This document shows, piece by piece, positions 59,360 through 64,000 of a stretch of 64,000 bases of DNA. This DNA comes from an uncultured Muribaculaceae bacterium (GTDB taxonomy: Bacteria > Bacillota_I > Bacilli_A > RF39 > UBA660): NCBI GenBank assembly GCA_964370755.1, contig CAYJKL010000004.1:1136-65135 (forward strand), in the 5' to 3' direction. Both the position numbers and the translations under genes were made by a program. Numbering within the stretch: position 1 is the first letter of the stretch; the number at the start of each line of letters is the position of its first letter. Below the pieces are notes generated by a model. That model was not told the origin of the DNA. It searched no databases and saw only the letters and a program-made list of their open reading frames with translations.

Positions 59360-59964
59360 GACTCTTCTCCAGTTGAAAATTCAATTACATCAAGTCTATC
59401 TTCTTCTAAAATTATTGTTACTACTCCAGCTGTATCATATCCTAAATTTTTTACATAACTCCAAGTCATATTTACTTCATAACTTTTATAAGTTAATTCC
59501 CCTAATAAGTATTCACTCTCAGTTACTTCTAATTTTGAAATTTCGCTAACTTCAGGTAAATTACTTTTTTCTTCTTCAGCGATATATTTATACATTGTAT
59601 CAATTACTTTTAAATCATGATTTTCTCTAAAATCAAGTTTTACATAATCACTTCCACCAACATCGTATTTACTAACTTTATTACTAATTGTATATAAATC
59701 TATAATATATAGCGCTGCTAAGTTTTTAGCGTATGATTCATAATTTATACTATCTTTTGTTAATATACTTTTTAAATTTTCGTAGTAGTCGTTAAATAAT
59801 TCTGTATCTCTATCTTCAAGAGTATAGCCGTATTTATCTATAGTATCAAGAACTAAAATATCTTTTTCTCCGCCTCTAAGAATAAAAATTAGTCCTACGT
59901 ATATTAACCCCCCTATAATTAGTAATACTATAAGTGCTAGTATTATTTTATTCTTCCTCTTCAT
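59356..59964 (-). CDS. Membrane-anchored extracytoplasmic hypothetical protein (202 aa)
   Basis: A single N-terminal TM. Translationally coupled on both sides (17-nt and 4-nt overlaps). Confidence 0.55.
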   Translation of the reverse strand: MKRKNKIILALIVLLIIGGLIYVGLIFILRGGEKDILVLDTIDKYGYTLEDRDTELFNDYYENLKSILTKDSINYESYAKNLAALYIIDLYTISNKVSKYDVGGSDYVKLDFRENHDLKVIDTMYKYIAEEEKSNLPEVSEISKLEVTESEYLLGELTYKSYEVNMTWSYVKNLGYDTAGVVTIILEEDRLDVIEFSTGEES

Positions 59965-61984
59965 CAGTTCCCTTCCTTAATCCTTCTTTAAGAATTAAAT
60001 CATGTACTATTATTGAGTTAGAAATATCCAACTCTTCCTCTGCTATTTTTATAAGATTACTAATATAATCGTCTGTTAATATTGTTCCTTCTTTAAGAAT
60101 TTTATAATCTCCAGTTGAATTATTATAGTATATTTGTTCTGTTATAAAACTTGCATTTGGAAATATAACGTGATTATTTTCTTTGTATTCAAATATATCA
60201 TTTCCAAGAGCATATGAATTTTCTAAATTCATCATATTAAGTATTGTTGGTGATATATCTATCATACCCATTGGATATGTTATTTCACCTTGAAGTTCTT
60301 TTCTAAGTTCCTCATTTTTTGTCCATATTATTAAAGGAGTCTTTTTATTTACTTCGTGGTCAAAGCTATCATACTCAATGTATCCTTCTTCATCTTCTTC
60401 AGTAAATATTCCAGTTTCTTGATTATAATTTATAAGCTCCGCTAAATCATTTCTAGAAAATTTAGCGTCATGGTCCCCGTAAAATACGAATACAGTGTCA
60501 TTGAAATTTTCACTTGTTCTAACCATTTCCATAAATTCACCTAATGCTTGGTCTGCAAAATGTGCACTTTTAATATATCTACCAATTGATTCTTCACTAA
60601 GTGGATCAACTACAGTTTCTACTAAATTTCCATTTTCATCTTCTTCAGTAATTGTCGTAGATAAATCATATTCAGCATATCTGCTTACATCTTCAAATGG
60701 TGAATGGTTAGATAATGTAATTATTGTCCCCATATAACTTTCATTATTGTTTTCGATATTTTTTAAGTGTTCAAATGACTGACTAAAGAATAAAGAATCA
60801 TTAATTCCTAATCCCACTACGTCTTCATCGGTAAAATCATACTCAGTTTTGTAATAAAATTCTTGGTATCCTAAAGATGGATGAGCATAACTTCTGTTCC
60901 ACATACTAAAGTTATTACCATGCATACTAAACGATGTGTATCCTTCAGCACCTAAAATTTTAGGTAAAGTTTCATAATATCTATCGTAGTAACTTACAAA
61001 TACAGTTCCACTTGCTGCTGGGTATAATCCTGATAATAAACTAAATTCTGAGTCAGATGATGTACCTGTTGATATTTGTGGATAAAAGTTTGAAAAATAC
61101 ATTCCTTCATCTATTAACTGTTTTGTGTAAGGAAGAACATCTTCTCCATTAAATGACATATCTAAAAGGAATGTTTGTATACTTTCCATATGAACAAATA
61201 TTACATTTTTACCTTCCATAATACCCGTGTACTCATTAGGTTCTTTTGCTGGTAAATTTTCGTAATATTCATTAAACTTTTCAGCTGCTTCTTCATAACC
61301 AAATAAACTAGTAAATCTAGGTGTTAAAGTTTGTATTAAATCATTTACTTGATAAAACATTATTCCAAATCTCTCAACATTTAGATTTCTGTTCCACTGC
61401 TTTGCAAGTCTACTATAGTCAGTTGGCGTTGATGTTGCTAAAATAAATACTATCATTCCTAAACCAACTAAGAATGTTGATAATACCATTTTTTTAGTTT
61501 TTTCTATTTTTTCTATGAAATTATAATATGTTGATTTACTTAATTTTCTATGTATTACGTAAAATATTATTGGAAAAATTATGAACATTATATCTAAAGC
61601 TGATACTCTATCAAATATTGAATCTGCTACTGTTTCAGTTTGCCCTGCTGTTGCTAAGTCGCCAAATGATGCAAATGATGTATAAAATTTATAATATATT
61701 GTATTAACTATTTGTAAAGCACAAAAAACAATCATCCATACAAATAAGTAATTGAATCTTCTTTTAGCTTTTACTAAATATCCAAAAGATCCTATTATTA
61801 TAATTATTCCTGTGTTTGCAATGAATGACCTAAGAGTTATAAAATCTCCCAAAGTAAAATATCTAACTAGACACATTCCTATTAACGAAAGTATTACATA
61901 CGTTATAAATAGCCTACTAGTTAGTATATATTCAATAATAAATTTACGAAATTTCCTTAGATTTTTACTAATTTTCTTTTTCAT
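59948..61984 (-). CDS. ltaS: Lipoteichoic acid synthase family (LtaS, sulfatase-fold) protein
   Basis: Five N-terminal TM helices and an extracellular sulfatase-like domain (FVHMESIQ, GTSSDSEF, YGDHD). I moved the start to MKKKISK after AGAAGG. Confidence 0.88.
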   Translation of the reverse strand: MKKKISKNLRKFRKFIIEYILTSRLFITYVILSLIGMCLVRYFTLGDFITLRSFIANTGIIIIIGSFGYLVKAKRRFNYLFVWMIVFCALQIVNTIYYKFYTSFASFGDLATAGQTETVADSIFDRVSALDIMFIIFPIIFYVIHRKLSKSTYYNFIEKIEKTKKMVLSTFLVGLGMIVFILATSTPTDYSRLAKQWNRNLNVERFGIMFYQVNDLIQTLTPRFTSLFGYEEAAEKFNEYYENLPAKEPNEYTGIMEGKNVIFVHMESIQTFLLDMSFNGEDVLPYTKQLIDEGMYFSNFYPQISTGTSSDSEFSLLSGLYPAASGTVFVSYYDRYYETLPKILGAEGYTSFSMHGNNFSMWNRSYAHPSLGYQEFYYKTEYDFTDEDVVGLGINDSLFFSQSFEHLKNIENNNESYMGTIITLSNHSPFEDVSRYAEYDLSTTITEEDENGNLVETVVDPLSEESIGRYIKSAHFADQALGEFMEMVRTSENFNDTVFVFYGDHDAKFSRNDLAELINYNQETGIFTEEDEEGYIEYDSFDHEVNKKTPLIIWTKNEELRKELQGEITYPMGMIDISPTILNMMNLENSYALGNDIFEYKENNHVIFPNASFITEQIYYNNSTGDYKILKEGTILTDDYISNLIKIAEEELDISNSIIVHDLILKEGLRKGTDEEEE

Positions 61985-62038
61985 CTTACCTTCTCGCATT
62001 GTAATTATATCAAAATTTTATTTTTTTTTCAATTATTC

Positions 62039-62067
62039 TTGATTAATTTATAAAATTTTGATACAAT
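62039..62067 (+). promoter_or_regulatory. Sigma-A promoter for tRNA-Gly
   Basis: TTGATT (62039-62044), 17 nt, TACAAT (62062-62067), about 10 nt upstream of the tRNA 5' end. Confidence 0.5.
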
Positions 62068-62077
62068 TTTGTTACAT

Positions 62078-62152
62078 GCAGGTGTAGTATAATGGTTAAT
62101 ATGCGGCCTTGCCAAGGCTGAGATGGGAGTTCGATTCTCCTCACTTGCTCCA
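62078..62152 (+). tRNA. tRNA-Gly (anticodon GCC) with encoded CCA
   Basis: Cloverleaf read by eye: acceptor GCAGGTG/CACTTGC, anticodon stem CGGCC/GGCTG with loop TTGCCAA, T-arm GGGAG-TTCGATT-CTCCT, discriminator T, then CCA. Confidence 0.9.
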
Positions 62153-62198
62153 AATTTATAGGAAACTCGGACTAATAGTCTTCCGAGAGTAATAAATG

Positions 62199-62222
62199 CT
62201 AACAGAAATGTTAGTTTTTTTT
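62199..62222 (+). terminator. Rho-independent terminator after the tRNA
   Basis: CTAACA-GAAA-TGTTAG followed by T8. It is preceded by another hairpin, CTCGGA..TCCGAG (62167-62188). Confidence 0.7.
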
Positions 62223-62240
62223 GTCTAAAGGAGTGATTAT

Positions 62241-62393
62241 ATGTTAACGATTGAAATTAAAAGAATTGAAATAAGCCAAGTATTTAAAAGAAAAATTGAA
62301 ATGCTAGGTAAATTTACAAATACTAACCCTATTATATTAAATGGTGAAGTAATGAATATTAAAGGCACTAATATCAAAAAATGCATTTTCTGA
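62241..62393 (+). CDS. Small ORF (50 aa), unknown function
   Basis: Below the track cutoff. AAAGGAG RBS 8 nt upstream of the ATG. My translation is MLTIEIKRIEISQVFKRKIEMLGKFTNTNPIILNGEVMNIKGTNIKKCIF. Confidence 0.3.
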   Translation: MLTIEIKRIEISQVFKRKIEMLGKFTNTNPIILNGEVMNIKGTNIKKCIF

Positions 62394-62553
62394 TATCAAT
62401 TTCGCAAGTGCGAAATAAGAGTTGCACATATATAAATCCTTATAAAATAAGGTGTTATGATATATGTATGTGCAATTTCCCTTATCCTGTTTTTAAAATT
62501 CTAGGTAAATTCGAATATTTTTATTAAATATAAATACTAGAAATTAAGAATAA

Positions 62554-62582
62554 TTGAATTAATAATAAAAAAAGTGTATAAT
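62554..62582 (+). promoter_or_regulatory. Sigma-A promoter upstream of the S51 fusion gene
   Basis: TTGAAT (62554-62559), 17 nt, TGTATAAT (extended -10; TATAAT at 62577-62582). Confidence 0.45.
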
Positions 62583-62717
62583 AAAAGCAATTGAAAGGAT
62601 AATAGAATTTAATATGGATACAAGTACAATTAATATATTAACTGAATTAGGTATTAGTTTAAGTTCATTAGCGGTCAAAGAAACAAAAGAAATAAATATG
62701 ATAGGAGATGAATATAT

Positions 62718-63938
62718 ATGAGATTATTTATATGCGGCGGTGGTTCTGGTGACCAAACTACTATAGCAAACAATAGATTTAACGAAATCATTAATAATGA
62801 TAAGAGACCTTTATTATATATCCCATTCGCCATGACTAAATTTCCTCTTGAAAGCTGTTATGAGTGGATTAAAGGTGAATTGCAAGATGTAAATATTTCA
62901 TCAATAAAAATGGTTAAAAGTGTTGAAGAACTAGAAAAAGAAAATTTTGAAAATTATTGTGGGATTTTCATCGGTGGTGGTAATACTTATTTATTACTAT
63001 CTTTATTAAAAAGTAATTCATCTTTTGAAAAACTTAAAAACTACGCTATGAATGATGGAATAATATTCGGTGGAAGTGCTGGCGCTGTAATATGTGGCAA
63101 TGACATAGATACAATAAAATTAATGGATAATAATGATGTCAATTTAGTTGATACAAAAGGTTTAAATTTATTAAATGGATTTTCTATTTATCCACATTAT
63201 ACGAATAAATCAGAAGACTTTGAAAAAAAAGCAACAAATCATTTAATGGATTTTGATACTAAAGTATTCGCACTACCGGAGGAAGTAACATTATACATTG
63301 AAAATGGTAAATGTGAAATTTTAGGTAACAAATCATTTTATGTGTTTGATGCTCATGAAAAAATTGAATTTAACACTGCTAACAATAATAGAATTTTTGA
63401 ATTTAAAAACTTAAAAACAGATAACGAGTTAATGAATTTTATGAATAAAAATATTACTTACGGTTGGTTAGATGCAAATAATAATTTACACTTTAATAAT
63501 CTATTTAATTTCAGAAAAAATTACAAAGTAAGTTCTATTAAAGAAATATTAGAATTTGGTGTTGGTACTTGTATTGAACAAGCTAAATTAATAAAATACT
63601 TTTTTGATATGATAGGCTTAGAAAACAGATTGTTTTGTCATAGAACATACGAAAACGAAGACAATATAATTAACGAAGTAAAAATGCATTGTATAGTTTT
63701 ATTCAGTTACAATAATGCATGGTATCATTTTGAGCATTCTAATCAACCTAAACGAGGAATACATAAATATGATGATGTGGATTCTGCCTTAATTAATATA
63801 ACAAGTGAATTTGAAAAAAATGATATTAGAGTATTAAGCGAAATTAGTGAAATTCCAGATGGTTTTTCTTTTAAACAATTTAATGACTATGTTAATAGTT
63901 TCCCAGAATATAAACATTCAGAAAATAAAATTAAATAG
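62718..63938 (+). CDS. Peptidase S51 (dipeptidase E/cyanophycinase-like)::transglutaminase-like cysteine peptidase fusion
   Basis: The N-terminal half has FIGGGNTY and GGSAGAV (the S51 nucleophile elbow). The C-terminal half has GVGTCIEQA, with downstream His and polar residues (MHCIVLF, WYHFEHS) resembling a Cys-His-Asp core. Confidence 0.65.
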   Translation: MRLFICGGGSGDQTTIANNRFNEIINNDKRPLLYIPFAMTKFPLESCYEWIKGELQDVNISSIKMVKSVEELEKENFENYCGIFIGGGNTYLLLSLLKSNSSFEKLKNYAMNDGIIFGGSAGAVICGNDIDTIKLMDNNDVNLVDTKGLNLLNGFSIYPHYTNKSEDFEKKATNHLMDFDTKVFALPEEVTLYIENGKCEILGNKSFYVFDAHEKIEFNTANNNRIFEFKNLKTDNELMNFMNKNITYGWLDANNNLHFNNLFNFRKNYKVSSIKEILEFGVGTCIEQAKLIKYFFDMIGLENRLFCHRTYENEDNIINEVKMHCIVLFSYNNAWYHFEHSNQPKRGIHKYDDVDSALINITSEFEKNDIRVLSEISEIPDGFSFKQFNDYVNSFPEYKHSENKIK

Positions 63939-64000
63939 ATTGCGATTTGTTTAACTTTATTATATAATTAAATCAGTTAGTAGTTATTACTATCTATAAT

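Overview
The window is strongly AT-rich and looks like a spore-forming, monoderm Firmicutes chromosome. It has CotF-like and CotY/Z-like coat genes, a SEDS protein, LtaS, an LCP ligase, a T-box leader and a pcrA/ligA operon. Almost every gene from 1 to 62000 is on the minus strand, and many starts and stops overlap or sit 1-20 nt apart. I found no CRISPR array, IS element, integrase or obvious prophage.

Contents in coordinate order:
- 1-8743: a secretin-less Tad/Flp-type pilus operon. It has tandem atypical pilin genes, TadC, TadB, a CpaF/TadA ATPase, a CpaB-like protein and three unassignable upstream genes, one of them a 1149-aa Cys-rich secreted protein.
- 8.8-26 kb: housekeeping and sporulation genes. 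These include a metallophosphoesterase, a CotF pair, ligA, two nucleotidyltransferase paralogs wedged between pcrA and ligA, and an orphan modular type IV pilin with a vWA domain. They also include a CotY/Z-like gene, FtsW/SpoVE, a T-box-controlled HAD-tyrS operon, YebC, patatin and an epimerase.
- 26.1-28.9 kb: three paralogous secreted proteins with TasA/camelysin/BsaA-type signal peptides, one carrying LysM. A strongly signalled 60-aa membrane peptide gene lies next to them.
- 29.1-53.5 kb: a ~24 kb cell-wall glycopolymer super-locus split by terminators into about 5 transcription units. It combines a Wzx/Wzy route, a TagO/TagA/TagGH ABC route and two lipid-carrier decoration modules. One module is a GT-C::GT2 fusion with DUF2304 and a small flippase. 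The other is a UbiA phosphoribosyltransferase-like gene with acyltransferase, a HAD::GtrA fusion and a GT-C-like protein.
- 53.5-56.7 kb: an adjacent cohesin/dockerin gene pair. A membrane-anchored cohesin protein sits next to an SH3b-GH73-like-dockerin wall hydrolase.
- 57.4-62.0 kb: an ltaS, unknown gene, LCP operon.
- 62.1-64 kb: tRNA-Gly(GCC), then an accessory-looking stretch with a peptidase S51::transglutaminase-like fusion.

All functional calls come from reading motifs in the supplied translations. No database search was run.
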